Assembly (NCBI GenBank): GCA_003213715.1
Contig: QCMN01000002.1
Location: 10,038 to 74,037, forward strand
Direction: 5' to 3'
Origin: Pelagibacteraceae bacterium AG-422-B15
Lineage (GTDB): Bacteria; Pseudomonadota; Alphaproteobacteria; Pelagibacterales; AG-422-B15
DNA: 64,000 nt
Both the position numbers and the translations under genes were made by a program. The notes beneath the pieces are model-generated. The model worked only from the letters and a program-made list of their open reading frames with translations. It was not told the origin of the DNA and searched no databases. Within the stretch, counting starts at the first letter, position 1. Every line of letters starts with the position of its first letter. This document shows, piece by piece, positions 26,960 to 39,197 of this stretch.

Positions 26960-29536
26960 ATGAAGATTAATAGTTTAAGGGACTCATTCATATCTTACTT
27001 TGTTAAAAATGGACATAAACATGTTCATTCAAGTCCCCTTGTGCCTCAAAATGATCCTACTCTGATGTTCGCTAATTCAGGAATGGTTCAATTTAAGAAT
27101 GTATTCACAGGATTAGAGAAAACAGATTTCAACCGTGCCGTAACGGCTCAGAAATGCATTAGGGCAGGGGGAAAACACAATGATTTAGAAAATGTAGGCT
27201 ATACTCTAAGGCATCACACTTTTTTTGAAATGTTGGGTAATTTCTCATTTGGAGATTATTTCAAAGATGATGCGATAGATTACGCATGGAGATTTATAAC
27301 TTCTGAACTAGGAATAAATAAAGATAAGCTTTGTGTAACTATTTATCACGATGATGAGCAGGCTTATAATGCTTGGAAGAAAATTACCGGTTTCAGTGAT
27401 GATAAAATAATAAGAATTTCTACAAAAGATAATTTCTGGTCAATGGGAGAAACAGGACCATGCGGACCTTGCTCGGAAATATTTTATGATCATGGTGAAA
27501 ATTATATTGGCAAACCTCCTAGTGAAGCTGATGAAACGGGCGATCGATTTGTAGAAATATGGAATCTCGTTTTTATGCAGTATGAGCAAGTCGATTCAGA
27601 AAATCGTATTGATTTACCACGACCCTCAATAGATACAGGTATGGGCATTGAGAGAATAGCCGCAGTTATGCAAGGCACTAATGATAATTATCAAGTTGAT
27701 AGTATATTAGAAATTATTAATCATTCTAAAGAATTAACTAAAAATGATAACGAAAATTTAATATCAAGCCATAGAGTAATAGCTGATCACCTCAGATCTT
27801 CATGTTTTTTAATTGCTGACGGCGTCCTTCCATCCAATGAAGGCAGAGGTTATGTCTTAAGGAGAATTATGAGAAGAGCAATGAGGCACGTACACATTCT
27901 AAATTACAATGATTTACTGATGCACAAACTGGCACCAACTCTGATTTCAAATATGAAAATGTCCTATCCTGAACTTGAAAGAGCAGAGTCTCTAATAAAT
28001 GAAACATTGAAATATGAAGAACAAAGGTTCAGAGATTTATTGTCCAGAGGAATTAAGCAACTTGATACAATGATCGATAATTTGAATGGAAAAACTATTC
28101 TAAATGGGCAGTCAGCTTTTAAGCTGTATGACACATATGGCTTCCCAATTGATTTAACGCAAGATATTTTGAGAAATAAGAAAATTGAGGTGGATATTGA
28201 TGATTTTAAGAAATGTTTGGAGGATCAAAAAGAAAAAGCAAGAAGCAATTGGACTGGATCTGGTGGCACAGCTACAGATAAAATTTGGTTTGAGTTAAAT
28301 AAAAGTTTATCCCCTACAGAGTTTTTAGGCTACACATCTGAAAAAACAGAAGGAAGTATTATTTCTATAATAAAAGAAGGTGTATTAGTTGATAGTTTAC
28401 ATAGCAGTGATAACGGATCGCTAATACTCAATCAAACGGTATTTTATGCTGAGTCTGGCGGTCAAATTGGTGATACAGGAACAATAGAATCTGATAATTT
28501 TGAATTTGAAGTTTCAGACACACAAAAAAAAGGAAACCTATATGTGCATCACGGAAAAGTAATTAAAGGAGATATCAAGAAAGGTACAGGCGCACATTTG
28601 TTAATTAATTCTGCTAGAAGAAGTTCATGTAAGACTTATCATTCTGCGACACATATTTTACATCAAGCATTAAGAGAAGTTTTGGGAGATCATGTGACCC
28701 AGAAAGGCTCTTTAGTTTCGTTTGATAAATTAAGATTTGATTTTAGTCACCATAAATCTCTTTCAGAAAGTGAGATATCTAAAATAGAGCAGATTTCGAA
28801 TACAGTTATTGAGGAAGGATCAGATGTTGAAACTCAAATTATGACACCAGATGACGCTGTAAATGCTGGAGCACTTGCTCTATTCGGAGAGAAATATTCT
28901 GATGAGGTAAGAGTATTAAAAATAGGAAAGATGAGAAATAAAACTTTCAGCATTGAATTATGTGGCGGCACACATGTTGAGAATACAAGTCAAATTGGGA
29001 AATTAAAAATAGTTAATGAATCTTCGGTTGCTTCAGGAGTTAGAAGGATAGAAGCTCTGCGCGGTGAAGACCTGAAAGTTTATCAAATGAATAAAGCTGC
29101 AGAGAATAAGAAAATAGAAGAAAAGAAATTAATTTCCGAAAAAGATAAATCAAAATCAAAAGAGGAAGTTAATAATTTAATCAAAGAAGTTAATGATGAA
29201 ATTTCAAATAATAAAAGCACCATCATTATCTTCTGTGAAAATTCTAAAAGCTCTGCGTTAAGACCTGTAATTGATAATGCCAAAAGAAAATTCAAAAATG
29301 GTGGTATTATTGTTTTAGGTTCAAAAAAAGACAATAAAATCAGCTACCTAGTTGGTGTAACAGACAACCTCACAAAGGTCATTGGTGCAGATGATATTGC
29401 TTTGTACGCTTCTTCAGTTTCTAACGGAAAAGGAGGAGGTGGCAGAAAAGATTTTGCTCAGTCTGGCGGCGATTTAATTGATGAAACGGACCAAAAAAAT
29501 AAAATACTGAAATTTATTACTGATAAGTTGGATTAA
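26960..29536 (+). CDS. alaS: Alanine--tRNA ligase
   Basis: [10 protein letters not shown] and [18 protein letters not shown], the editing-domain HxxxH (HSATHILH) with the C-x3-H motif CGGTH, and a C-terminal DHHA1-like region. Confidence 0.95.
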   Translation: MKINSLRDSFISYFVKNGHKHVHSSPLVPQNDPTLMFANSGMVQFKNVFTGLEKTDFNRAVTAQKCIRAGGKHNDLENVGYTLRHHTFFEMLGNFSFGDYFKDDAIDYAWRFITSELGINKDKLCVTIYHDDEQAYNAWKKITGFSDDKIIRISTKDNFWSMGETGPCGPCSEIFYDHGENYIGKPPSEADETGDRFVEIWNLVFMQYEQVDSENRIDLPRPSIDTGMGIERIAAVMQGTNDNYQVDSILEIINHSKELTKNDNENLISSHRVIADHLRSSCFLIADGVLPSNEGRGYVLRRIMRRAMRHVHILNYNDLLMHKLAPTLISNMKMSYPELERAESLINETLKYEEQRFRDLLSRGIKQLDTMIDNLNGKTILNGQSAFKLYDTYGFPIDLTQDILRNKKIEVDIDDFKKCLEDQKEKARSNWTGSGGTATDKIWFELNKSLSPTEFLGYTSEKTEGSIISIIKEGVLVDSLHSSDNGSLILNQTVFYAESGGQIGDTGTIESDNFEFEVSDTQKKGNLYVHHGKVIKGDIKKGTGAHLLINSARRSSCKTYHSATHILHQALREVLGDHVTQKGSLVSFDKLRFDFSHHKSLSESEISKIEQISNTVIEEGSDVETQIMTPDDAVNAGALALFGEKYSDEVRVLKIGKMRNKTFSIELCGGTHVENTSQIGKLKIVNESSVASGVRRIEALRGEDLKVYQMNKAAENKKIEEKKLISEKDKSKSKEEVNNLIKEVNDEISNNKSTIIIFCENSKSSALRPVIDNAKRKFKNGGIIVLGSKKDNKISYLVGVTDNLTKVIGADDIALYASSVSNGKGGGGRKDFAQSGGDLIDETDQKNKILKFITDKLD

Positions 29537-30746
29537 GGGCTTTATTTAAATTTCGTTCAATTATTTCAAGAAAGTCTTCAGTACTGTGCCAATCTTGCTC
29601 ATGAGGCATAAGGAGCGCCAAATCCTTTGTCATCGAGCCACGTTCAACTGTTTTTACACAGACTTTCTCAAGAGTATCAGCAAACTGAATTAGTTCATCA
29701 TTATCATCAAGTTTCCCTCTATACTTAAGACCTCTTGACCATGCAAAAATTGACGCTATAGGATTTGTCGAAGTTTGTTTTCCTTCTTGATGAAGCCTAT
29801 AGTGCCTCGTTACAGTTCCGTGAGCAGCTTCAGCCTCAATGGTTTTTCCATCAGGTGTCATCAACACACTTGTCATTAATCCAAGAGAGCCAAAACCTTG
29901 AGCGACAGTATCCGATTGAACATCGCCGTCATAATTTTTACATGCCCAAACAAATTTACCATTCCATTTTAACGCAGATGCGACCATGTCATCAATTAAT
30001 CTATGTTCATAATCAAGTTCCAGAGATTTGAATTGATCAGCAAATTCTTTATCATAAATTTCCTGAAATAAATCTTTAAATCTTCCATCATATTTTTTGA
30101 GAATAGTATTTTTTGTCGATAAATAGACTGGCCACTCTCTCATGAGAGCGTAATTCATACATGATCTAGCAAAATCACGTATTGATTCATCGGTATTATA
30201 CATTGCCATCGCAACGCCACTTGATTGAAATTCATAAACCTCTTTTTCAATCGGTTCTTGGTTGGGGTCATCAGGTGTCCACTTAATACTTAATTTTCCT
30301 TTACCAGGAACCTTAAAATCCGTCGCTCTATATTGATCGCCAAATGCATGTCGCCCAACTACAATTGGATCAGTCCAACCGGGTACAAGTCTTGGAACAT
30401 TTTCACAAACTATTGGCTCTCTAAAAACTGTACCGCCAAGGATATTTCTTATTGTTCCGTTTGGGGAACGCCACATCTCTTTTAGCTTAAATTCCTTTAC
30501 CCTATCTTCATCTGGTGTGATAGTTGCACATTTAACTCCTACACCATATTTTTTTATAGCATTTGCGGAGTCTACTGTAACCTTGTCGTTGGTTTTATCT
30601 CTATTTTCAACACCCAGGTCATAATATTCTAAATCAATATCAAGGTACGGTAGGATTAGTTTATCTTTTATAAACTGCCATATAATTCTTGTCATTTCGT
30701 CGCCATCAATTTCGACAAGTGGGGTTTTTACTTTAATTTTCGACAT
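29517..30746 (-). CDS. icd: NADP-dependent isocitrate dehydrogenase (type II, eukaryote-like)
   Basis: 409 aa. [24 protein letters not shown] and GTVTRHYR are typical of the monomer-size-400 IDH subfamily. Confidence 0.9.
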   Translation of the reverse strand: MSKIKVKTPLVEIDGDEMTRIIWQFIKDKLILPYLDIDLEYYDLGVENRDKTNDKVTVDSANAIKKYGVGVKCATITPDEDRVKEFKLKEMWRSPNGTIRNILGGTVFREPIVCENVPRLVPGWTDPIVVGRHAFGDQYRATDFKVPGKGKLSIKWTPDDPNQEPIEKEVYEFQSSGVAMAMYNTDESIRDFARSCMNYALMREWPVYLSTKNTILKKYDGRFKDLFQEIYDKEFADQFKSLELDYEHRLIDDMVASALKWNGKFVWACKNYDGDVQSDTVAQGFGSLGLMTSVLMTPDGKTIEAEAAHGTVTRHYRLHQEGKQTSTNPIASIFAWSRGLKYRGKLDDNDELIQFADTLEKVCVKTVERGSMTKDLALLMPHEQDWHSTEDFLEIIERNLNKALNPTYQ

Positions 30747-31281
30747 TAATTTCTAATTCTTTTGTGAGGTCACTATAATTATTGATTACCTTATATGCTT
30801 CTTTCATATTTTCTCCAGCAAAATCCTTCTTTATTATATTTTCTAAAAGAGTAAAAAGATCTCTCCAAAAATCGTTAAAGTTATAAATAAAGATGGGTTT
30901 TTTATGAAGTCTGAGCTGCTTCCATGAATAGATTTCAAAAAACTCTTCCAAAGTCCCAATGCCACCAGGAAATATTAGAAATGCATCTGCGTTGTTATAC
31001 ATTTCTATTTTTCTTTCATGCATAGTTTCAACAATTTTTATATTATTAAGGCTGTCATTTCTTTTTTCAATTTCAATTAAATGATTTGTAATCACTCCAT
31101 ATACATCGCCACCGGAATTAATGGCACTATTTGATAGTACTCCCATTAGCCCCATATTACCTCCACCATAAACCAACCTTATTTCTTTTTTAGCCAATAG
31201 ATTTCCAACTTTTTTGGCCTCTTCTTTATAAATGTCATCGACTTTATTAGATGAACTGCAATAAACTGCAATTGACTTCAT
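30733..31281 (-). CDS. LOG-family protein (TIGR00730; nucleotide 5'-monophosphate phosphoribohydrolase-like)
   Basis: [11 protein letters not shown] and [13 protein letters not shown] signature motifs. Confidence 0.8.
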   Translation of the reverse strand: MKSIAVYCSSSNKVDDIYKEEAKKVGNLLAKKEIRLVYGGGNMGLMGVLSNSAINSGGDVYGVITNHLIEIEKRNDSLNNIKIVETMHERKIEMYNNADAFLIFPGGIGTLEEFFEIYSWKQLRLHKKPIFIYNFNDFWRDLFTLLENIIKKDFAGENMKEAYKVINNYSDLTKELEINVEN

Positions 31282-31282
31282 A

Positions 31283-34200
31283 TTAAATAGCTTCTTCTCT
31301 TACAACTGACGGAGTATTGATCCTGTTTCTTCTTGAAAACATAGATTTTAATTTTTCAGGCAATGCAAGTAGAGAAGGGGTTACAAATAATGTAGCTATT
31401 GTTGCAAAAGAAAGTCCAAAAACAATAGCCCATGCTAAAGGTTGCACAAAATAAGTTTCAGGACTTTTGTATGATATTTCTCTTTCAAAAACATCTACAC
31501 TAATTTGCAATGCTGAAGGAAGTAATCCAAATACTGTGGTAATTGTCGTAAGAAATATGGGCCTTATTCTACTCTTAGCTGACTGAATGATTGCCTTCAT
31601 TTTGTTTTCTTCATTCTTTCTAATTTTTCTATAACTATCAATTAGAATAATATTGTTATTTACAACAATACCTGTGCAAGCAACTATGCCAAGGCCCGTC
31701 ATAACGCCACTAAATGGCATTTGTAAGACAATAAGTCCTACAAATATGCCAGTTGTTGATAACGCAATTGAAAATAAAATTAAAAAAGTGTGATAAAAAT
31801 TATTAAATAACGAAATAAGTATTATAAACATTAGTAATAATGCAATACTAAAAGCTGAAATTACAAAGATAAGTGACCCTCTAGAGTCTTCTGCTTCTCC
31901 CACAAGTTTAACATTTACCTCAATTGGTAGGTTGGCTATTTTGAGCCAGTTTTTTATAGTTTCAATGTGTTCGGCAGTATAAAAACCTGAGCTAGTATTC
32001 GCATCAACCATCAAAACTCTTTCAGCATTTTTCTTACCAATTGAAAAAATTTTATTTTTAGGCTTTTGACTTACAAATTCAGATACTGGCAGCTGACCTC
32101 TACTGGTATTGATATAAATATTTTCAACTTGATCAAGAGTTCTTAAGTCATCTGGTAAAAAAAGCTTAATATCTAATTCTTTATCGCTGTCTGTTGGTCT
32201 TATTGTTCCTATCTTAGTTCCTGTTGTCGCTAAATTTATTATTGAGCCTATGGATTGGATAGATACATCATATTTTCCTGTTTTACTTCTATCTATTTCA
32301 TATAACCACTCAATACCTGTAACTGGGTATTTTATTTCGGCATCTTCAATTCCAGGAATATTCTGAAGTTTGTCTCTAACAATAATTGCAGCTTGATTAA
32401 TTAGTCTTTTATTTTCCGCAGTTACCTCTATTTCTATGTCTTTAGGTCCTACGATGGAAGAACTATATGTATTTCCTTTTATTCTCGCTTCATAGCCATT
32501 AAGCTTATCCAGTTCCTTTTGAATATTTGGTAATACAATATCACTATCCGGTCTTTGGTCAGGAGGCAGCAGTTCTAACCAAATTCTTCCAATAATATCT
32601 GTGGGAGAGTCATCAAATAACCAAATCCTATTTCTATTCATTGTATTTGCTACATAGTTTTTAACGTACGGATTTGCATCTATCACTTCACTCACTTCTT
32701 TAATATAATCTCCGGTTTCATTAGGAGAAAGATTGCCCCTTGCCATTACTTCCACTCTGGCTGTTGTAGCTTTATCGTTAGGAAAAAAAATGACACCACT
32801 ATTAAATTTGCTGTAAAGTAAAATTACACTTGTAAAAGTAAGTAAAGTTAAAAATAGAACCAATACAGGTCTTTGAATTGCTTGAGCTAGAGTGTTCTCA
32901 TATATTTCAATAAATTTATTATCTCTTCTTTTATTTTCCTCTTTCATTTGCGCTGTTTTACGCTCAATCATGGATCCTACCGCGGGTAGGAATATCAATG
33001 TGACTACTAGCGAGGTGGACAAAACAACAATTACTGTAAGAGGGATTACTCTTAACCATTGTCCAAGTGTATCTGGCCAAAATAGGAGAGGAAAAAATGC
33101 CGCAATCGTCGTTAACGCCGAAGCAATAATTGGCCAGAACATATTATACGAAGAGTTTATGTATGAGTCCCTTCTTCGAATGCCCCGTTCTTGTTCTGCC
33201 CTAGCGTATTCAGTTATAACGATGGGGCCATCAACAAGTAATCCTACTGCCAATATCAGCCCAAAAACAGTCATTAAGTTATAGGTCATTCCCATCGAGT
33301 CCAGTATCAATATTGAAAAAAGATAAGTGGTCGGAATTGACAAACCTACAATCAAGCCACTTCTTATTCCTAAGGCAGCAATTACAATGATCATTACAAG
33401 TATTACTGCCGTGATTACTGTATTTTCAGATGACTCAATTCTTTTCTCTATTTCTGTAGATTCATCATCTACAATAACAGCCTTAATAAGAGGATGAAAC
33501 TTTCCTTCGTTTTCAGCTAATACTTTTTTTACATCAATGTATGTGTCTAAAATATTAGTACCTGACTTCCTAGATACCTCTAAACTTAAAGCGGCATTTC
33601 CATTTACTATGACTGTATTCTTTTTCTTATCGTAAGCTCTCTTGATGTCTGCAACATCGGATAAAGTTAATGCAAAATTATTTTTAGCATTTAGTGGAAG
33701 ATTGCTAATTTCCCTGTAATTTTCATAAAGACCTGGAATTTTAACTGAAAAATCTGCGTTTTGATCAGATAATACACCTGCTGGAATTATATTATTATAT
33801 GCTTTAAGAGCATAATAAACATCAGATATATTTAAGCCATACTTTTGCAATAATGAAGGATTGAGAGTTATTTTTATTATTTCCTCGCGCTCGCCTTTAA
33901 TTTCAACCTCTGTTACATTGTCAATCAATTCCAACGCATCTTTATATGAGTTTGCTGCATTTTGTAAGACCTCATAAGGCACATTACCAGATAACCCAAT
34001 ATAGATTCTCGAGAACATAGATGAGTCATATTCTTTTACTTCTATAATCTCCATTTCACTTGGAAGTATATCACTAGCATCTGTAATAGTATTTCTCACA
34101 AGCTTTGCAAGGTTTTCGTTTTCAGTATCTAAATTAAAAGCAACCATGAATGAAGCTATGTTATCTTTAGAAATAGAAATTATTTCTTTGATATCTTTTA

Positions 34201-34426
34201 AAGTCATTAACTTACGTTCTAAAGGCTCTGTTATTAATTTTTCAATTTCATTAGAAGACATGCCGTCATATTTAATTATCACTGCAACAGTTTTTAAATC
34301 TATTTCAGGCATTTCTTCTTTAGGAAAGGTTGCGTATGAGATTGTTCCTAAAAGAATAATCATTAAAAGAAGGGTAGAGATCGTCTTTTTTCGGAGTAGT
34401 ATGGTTGATAATATATTTCTTAACAT
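31283..34426 (-). CDS. RND efflux permease (AcrB/MdtC-like), second paralog
   Basis: 1047 aa, 12-TM architecture with two large periplasmic loops. Directly follows a second RND gene. Confidence 0.85.
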   Translation of the reverse strand: MLRNILSTILLRKKTISTLLLMIILLGTISYATFPKEEMPEIDLKTVAVIIKYDGMSSNEIEKLITEPLERKLMTLKDIKEIISISKDNIASFMVAFNLDTENENLAKLVRNTITDASDILPSEMEIIEVKEYDSSMFSRIYIGLSGNVPYEVLQNAANSYKDALELIDNVTEVEIKGEREEIIKITLNPSLLQKYGLNISDVYYALKAYNNIIPAGVLSDQNADFSVKIPGLYENYREISNLPLNAKNNFALTLSDVADIKRAYDKKKNTVIVNGNAALSLEVSRKSGTNILDTYIDVKKVLAENEGKFHPLIKAVIVDDESTEIEKRIESSENTVITAVILVMIIVIAALGIRSGLIVGLSIPTTYLFSILILDSMGMTYNLMTVFGLILAVGLLVDGPIVITEYARAEQERGIRRRDSYINSSYNMFWPIIASALTTIAAFFPLLFWPDTLGQWLRVIPLTVIVVLSTSLVVTLIFLPAVGSMIERKTAQMKEENKRRDNKFIEIYENTLAQAIQRPVLVLFLTLLTFTSVILLYSKFNSGVIFFPNDKATTARVEVMARGNLSPNETGDYIKEVSEVIDANPYVKNYVANTMNRNRIWLFDDSPTDIIGRIWLELLPPDQRPDSDIVLPNIQKELDKLNGYEARIKGNTYSSSIVGPKDIEIEVTAENKRLINQAAIIVRDKLQNIPGIEDAEIKYPVTGIEWLYEIDRSKTGKYDVSIQSIGSIINLATTGTKIGTIRPTDSDKELDIKLFLPDDLRTLDQVENIYINTSRGQLPVSEFVSQKPKNKIFSIGKKNAERVLMVDANTSSGFYTAEHIETIKNWLKIANLPIEVNVKLVGEAEDSRGSLIFVISAFSIALLLMFIILISLFNNFYHTFLILFSIALSTTGIFVGLIVLQMPFSGVMTGLGIVACTGIVVNNNIILIDSYRKIRKNEENKMKAIIQSAKSRIRPIFLTTITTVFGLLPSALQISVDVFEREISYKSPETYFVQPLAWAIVFGLSFATIATLFVTPSLLALPEKLKSMFSRRNRINTPSVVREEAI

Positions 34427-34429
34427 AAG

Positions 34430-37400
34430 TTATGCATTAACAGTTTTAGGCTGCGCTTTTTTAAAATAAGATCTTATGTGTGAGGGAAGAATGAGTAGAC
34501 AGGGTGTTACTATTAATGTTAGGAACGCCGAGAAAGATAATCCATAAACAATGCATTGGGCAAGTGGTGTCCAAAAACCACTCACATTTGAATCGTATTC
34601 AATTGTTCTTAATATAGGGTCAATACTATAGTTCATTGCAAGAGGAATTAGGCCAAGCATGGTTGTAATCGTTGTGAGGAAGATAGGCCTTAATCTTTGA
34701 GCACAAGCTTTTAATATACTATTAAATAAATTGTCATTATCTTTTTCTCTTACGAAATTAAATGCATCAATCAAAATAATGTTGTTGTTCACTACTATGC
34801 CCGCCAAGGATACTACTCCTACACCATGCATAATTGCTGAGAAAGGCTGATTAAATACCAACAGTCCGAAGAAAACACCTGCTGTGCTCATTATAACAGC
34901 AGTTAAGATTATGAAGCTTTGGTAAAAGCTATTGAACTGAGTGACCAATAATGCAGCCATTATAAGAATTGAAATAATGAATGCCTGCGTCACAAACTTC
35001 ATTGACTCTGTTTGCTCTTCATTTTCACCTCCAAATGCAATATCAATATATGAAGGGTAATCTTGCTCATCTGCCCACTTTTGAATCTCACTAACCTTAT
35101 CAGCCGCAATTACACCCTCCGCAACGTTTGCTTTAACGTACATTGCATTACGTGTGTCATATCTTCTAATGTAGCTGACATTTTTTTTCGGTTTCTTTTC
35201 AACAAAATTACTAATTGGAATTTGTCCTGATCTCGTTTCAATCATTATGTTGTCAAGTTGATCAATAGATCGTTCTTTGTCAGCATACCTGACAAAAATT
35301 TCAAGTTCGTCATCAACGTCATCAGGTCTGTATTTTCCAATCATTATACCATTGGTTACTAAGCTGACAGCTTTTCCAATTGTAAATATATCAGCGCCAA
35401 ATTGGGCAGCTTTTGGTTTATCAATTATAAGTTCCCAATCAACTAAAGGCACCGGTAATGTATCCTCTACACTTACGAGTCCAATTACATTTTCATCTAT
35501 ATAATTTCTTACATCCTTAGTCACTTTAAGTATGCTTGAACTGGATGGGCCTGTTATTCTTATTTCAACGTCTTTTCCAATAGGTGGGCCTCCCGATTGT
35601 TCAGAAACTTCTATTTTAATTCCCTTAATATTATCAAATTGATCTCTTAATTCCGAAATAATTTCATGACCATTTTTTCTTTGATTACGATCAACAAATT
35701 CAAAATACGCAGTTGCAATTAAATCTTCAGAGCTTCCGCCTCCACCAGCAACCACATTGCTGAATTGACCGGTTTGAAGAAAATAATTTTTAATGCCAGT
35801 ATGTTCATTAACAATAATTTCAACATCGCTTGTGAGTTTATTTATTTCATCGATTGAAAGATTTCCTCGAGCGTAGATTTTTATTTGACCAAAATATGGA
35901 TCACCGGTAGAGAAATATATCATTCCTTTTCCAAAGGAAAAGAAACTTGAAATAATTGTAAATAGAATAATAAAAACCGACAAAAGCGTTAGGATTGGTC
36001 TTTTTAATAGTTTATCAAGTATAGATACATAGATTCCTATATAGCCACTGATATCTTTAAGATTAAAATTTTGATCTGACCCAAGTTTTTTAAAGGAATT
36101 TGCAGATGCATTAGAGGGCTTCCCTAATACACTTCCAATCACAGGTACGAACATTAGACTGAAAATAAGCGCAATAAATAAAACGACAAAAATCGTTACT
36201 GGCAGCATTTGCATAAACTGCCCACTAATGCCTGGCCAGAAAAAAAGTGGTATGAAAACAGCAAGGGTTGTTGCCGCTGACGCTACAATCGGCCAGAACA
36301 TTCTTTTTGCAGAGTAAATATAGGCTTTTTGTCGATCAAAGCCCTCAAGCATCTTTCTATCTGCGAGTTCAACAACTACAAGCGAGCCGTCAATTAACAT
36401 CCCAAGAGCAACTAAGATTCCGAAAATAACCATGAAATTATAATCATAACCAAGAACATACAAAACAAATAAAGCAATTAGAATTGATACCGGAATTCCA
36501 GAACCAACAATTAAAGAGGATCTAATTCCTAAGGCAAGCATAGTTACAATAATTACAAATATTGTAGCAAGTAGAATATTACCTTGTAATGAATTTACGT
36601 TATCTTCCATAATTTCTCTGGAGTCCATAACGTAAGTAAAGTTTACATCGCTAGGTACTTTAGATTTAAAGCTTTGAACAACTTCATCAACTTCGTTAAT
36701 AGTATCAATGACATTTCGCCCTCTACCTTTTTTTATTAAAAGGGAAATTCCTGGTTCTCCATTCACTTTAGTGTAACTTTCTCGGTCTTTAAAATTTCTT
36801 TTGATAGTTGAGATGTCAGCCAAATTTACTGTACTGTTATTAGTTGATCGAATGGGTAACTCATATACATCTCTTGCTGTTTCAAATAATCCAGGTACAT
36901 TTACAGCAAATTGACCTTGTCCAGTTTGTATTTCACCAGCAGTTACAACTTGGTTGTTATTAGATACTGATGTAATAATTTCAGCAAAAGAAATATTATA
37001 GTTCTCCATCTGTGATCTATTAAGTGTAGCCTCTAATTGCTCTTTCCTTGCGCCTAATAGCTCAGCCTCAAAAATAGAAGGAATAAGTTCAATTTCTTTT
37101 TTTATTTCTTGAGCAAGGTTAAGTAAATATCTTTCAGATGCAGTTGGCGAGTCAATTGACACTATTACAGTAGGTTGATCTTCAAATGATACTTCACTTA
37201 CAACAGGTTCTTTGGCATCATCAGGAAATTTTACCTTAGCATCATTAATAGCATCTCTTACTTTATCCAGTGATTTTTTCATTGTTTCAGCTGCCTCAAA
37301 TTGAATTACAGCTGCTGCGTAGTTTTCAAATGCAAAACCTTGAAGCTTATCAATTCCTTCAATAGCCCTTATTTCTTCCTCAATTGGTTTCAAAAGAAGT

Positions 37401-37576
37401 CTCTCTGAATCTTGAGGTGATATTCCGGTTAGCCCAACTCCTACATAAACCACCGGCACAACAATCTCAGGTTCGTTTTCAATTGGAATGTTAACTCTGC
37501 CAAATATTCCTGCGAATATAAGCACTATAAGTAGGGCTATAGCTGTCCGTTTCCTATCTACTAAGAATTCTATCAT
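34430..37576 (-). CDS. RND efflux permease (AcrB/MdtB-like), first paralog
   Basis: 1048 aa with the same architecture. It is clearly divergent in sequence from the downstream paralog. Confidence 0.85.
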   Translation of the reverse strand: MIEFLVDRKRTAIALLIVLIFAGIFGRVNIPIENEPEIVVPVVYVGVGLTGISPQDSERLLLKPIEEEIRAIEGIDKLQGFAFENYAAAVIQFEAAETMKKSLDKVRDAINDAKVKFPDDAKEPVVSEVSFEDQPTVIVSIDSPTASERYLLNLAQEIKKEIELIPSIFEAELLGARKEQLEATLNRSQMENYNISFAEIITSVSNNNQVVTAGEIQTGQGQFAVNVPGLFETARDVYELPIRSTNNSTVNLADISTIKRNFKDRESYTKVNGEPGISLLIKKGRGRNVIDTINEVDEVVQSFKSKVPSDVNFTYVMDSREIMEDNVNSLQGNILLATIFVIIVTMLALGIRSSLIVGSGIPVSILIALFVLYVLGYDYNFMVIFGILVALGMLIDGSLVVVELADRKMLEGFDRQKAYIYSAKRMFWPIVASAATTLAVFIPLFFWPGISGQFMQMLPVTIFVVLFIALIFSLMFVPVIGSVLGKPSNASANSFKKLGSDQNFNLKDISGYIGIYVSILDKLLKRPILTLLSVFIILFTIISSFFSFGKGMIYFSTGDPYFGQIKIYARGNLSIDEINKLTSDVEIIVNEHTGIKNYFLQTGQFSNVVAGGGGSSEDLIATAYFEFVDRNQRKNGHEIISELRDQFDNIKGIKIEVSEQSGGPPIGKDVEIRITGPSSSSILKVTKDVRNYIDENVIGLVSVEDTLPVPLVDWELIIDKPKAAQFGADIFTIGKAVSLVTNGIMIGKYRPDDVDDELEIFVRYADKERSIDQLDNIMIETRSGQIPISNFVEKKPKKNVSYIRRYDTRNAMYVKANVAEGVIAADKVSEIQKWADEQDYPSYIDIAFGGENEEQTESMKFVTQAFIISILIMAALLVTQFNSFYQSFIILTAVIMSTAGVFFGLLVFNQPFSAIMHGVGVVSLAGIVVNNNIILIDAFNFVREKDNDNLFNSILKACAQRLRPIFLTTITTMLGLIPLAMNYSIDPILRTIEYDSNVSGFWTPLAQCIVYGLSFSAFLTLIVTPCLLILPSHIRSYFKKAQPKTVNA

Positions 37577-37581
37577 TAAAT

Positions 37582-38646
37582 TTAATTAACAATTTCAGCA
37601 TTTACTATCTGACCATTAATCACATACTCTTGACCAACGGTTATCACAGTAGCTTTTTCAGGCAATCCTGTTACCCAAAGACCATCCACTGTATCCTCTA
37701 CAATTTGAATGTTTGAGAACTTTACCTTTGTATCAATTAATACTTTCACTCCTAATTCGCCTTCATCATTAAGTGATATAAGATAAGATGGAATAAGGTG
37801 AGCTAAAACCTCTCTTAATGGAACCAACATATCAGCTGAAAGTCCTTCTCGAATACTTCCGTCTTTATTACTAACTGTTGCCTCAATTTTATAAGTTCGT
37901 GTACTTGGATTGGCACTTTTACTTATATAGCTTATTGATCCTTGAAGAGATGTTGCGTCAATAAGATTGATATCGACTTTCTGACCAAGTTTTATTTGAT
38001 CAACATTTTTTTCTGTCACCTCACCAGTAATTACCATTGGGTTCAGTCTCATTATTTTTGCACACGGGGAAGCTGGAGTAATTAAGTCTCCAATTTCTAA
38101 ATAGACATCTTCAATAAAACCATCAAATGGAGCTCTAATTAAAATATTATCAAGTTCATTCATTGCCATTTCTACTCTAGCAATAGAAGCCTTTAGAGCG
38201 GCATCTGCTGTGGCTACAGCATTTTCTGATCTGTAACCTTCATCAGCGAGTGTTTTAATTGCATCATACTGAAGCTGAGCTTTGTTTTTTGAAGCTTCAG
38301 CCTCATTCAATGCAGCTGTTCTATTTTCATCATCAAGTTTGCAGATGATTTCATCTTTTTTAACGAACGATCCCTTATTAATTGTCTCTATAATCGTTGA
38401 AGTAGTCTTAGGCTTTAACATTACAATTTTATCTGCTTCAGTTCTTCCTCGAATAGTTAAAAAATATGTTTTTTTCTGTGAAGAAAATTCTTGTGCCCTT
38501 ACAGATATTATTTCCTCACTTGTAACTACTTCAGAAACATTACTTTCGGCCTCATCACCTCCAATTAGACCGGAGAAGATCCAAAGAATGACGACGATAA
38601 AAATAACAAAAGCAGAAATATAATTTATTGGTATTTTTTTAAACAT
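37582..38646 (-). CDS. RND efflux periplasmic adaptor (membrane fusion protein)
   Basis: N-terminal TM anchor, a coiled-coil hairpin region (AALNEAEASKNKAQLQYD...) and beta-barrel domains. Lies upstream of the RND pumps. Confidence 0.8.
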   Translation of the reverse strand: MFKKIPINYISAFVIFIVVILWIFSGLIGGDEAESNVSEVVTSEEIISVRAQEFSSQKKTYFLTIRGRTEADKIVMLKPKTTSTIIETINKGSFVKKDEIICKLDDENRTAALNEAEASKNKAQLQYDAIKTLADEGYRSENAVATADAALKASIARVEMAMNELDNILIRAPFDGFIEDVYLEIGDLITPASPCAKIMRLNPMVITGEVTEKNVDQIKLGQKVDINLIDATSLQGSISYISKSANPSTRTYKIEATVSNKDGSIREGLSADMLVPLREVLAHLIPSYLISLNDEGELGVKVLIDTKVKFSNIQIVEDTVDGLWVTGLPEKATVITVGQEYVINGQIVNAEIVN

Positions 38647-38647
38647 T

Positions 38648-39196
38648 TTAATTTAACTTTCCTCTATTTTTTTCCATATAGTTTAATCCTGTTTCAATTA
38701 ATGCAGATGCCAAACCTCTAATAAACGATACTGATTTCTCATTCCTTATTGCATCTAAATTTCCCGGAACAGGGCCATCGTATTTAAATTGTTCAAGTTT
38801 TTGCCTCAAATACAAAACACGCTCATTTAATACAGTATTCATTGTTTCTTTTGGTAAATATTTTGAAAATAATAAGAGTAAAAAAAATTCAGACTTAATT
38901 TGGTCTCCGAAATTTCCTGAACGAATATAAGAAGATGCATCACCTAGTAAATTATCTTTCATTAATTCCATTCCCTTTTTAGTTATTGTGTAAACTTTTT
39001 TATCAGGTTTTTTACTTTGAGAATGTTGTTTACACGATACATATTTATCGGCTTGCAAGTTATTTAAAGTTGGATAGATAGTTCCAAAGCTTAAACTGTA
39101 AAAATCTGATAATGGACCTTCAAACATTTGTTTAATTTCATAACCAGATCTTGGCCCAAGCGATAGAAGTCCTAAACAAAGTGTTTCTTTTTGCAT
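38648..39196 (-). CDS. PadR-family transcriptional regulator
   Basis: Winged-helix N-terminus LGLLSLGPRSGYEIKQMF...GTIYPTLNNL plus a C-terminal dimerisation domain. Confidence 0.8.
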   Translation of the reverse strand: MQKETLCLGLLSLGPRSGYEIKQMFEGPLSDFYSLSFGTIYPTLNNLQADKYVSCKQHSQSKKPDKKVYTITKKGMELMKDNLLGDASSYIRSGNFGDQIKSEFFLLLLFSKYLPKETMNTVLNERVLYLRQKLEQFKYDGPVPGNLDAIRNEKSVSFIRGLASALIETGLNYMEKNRGKLN

Positions 39197-39197
39197 A

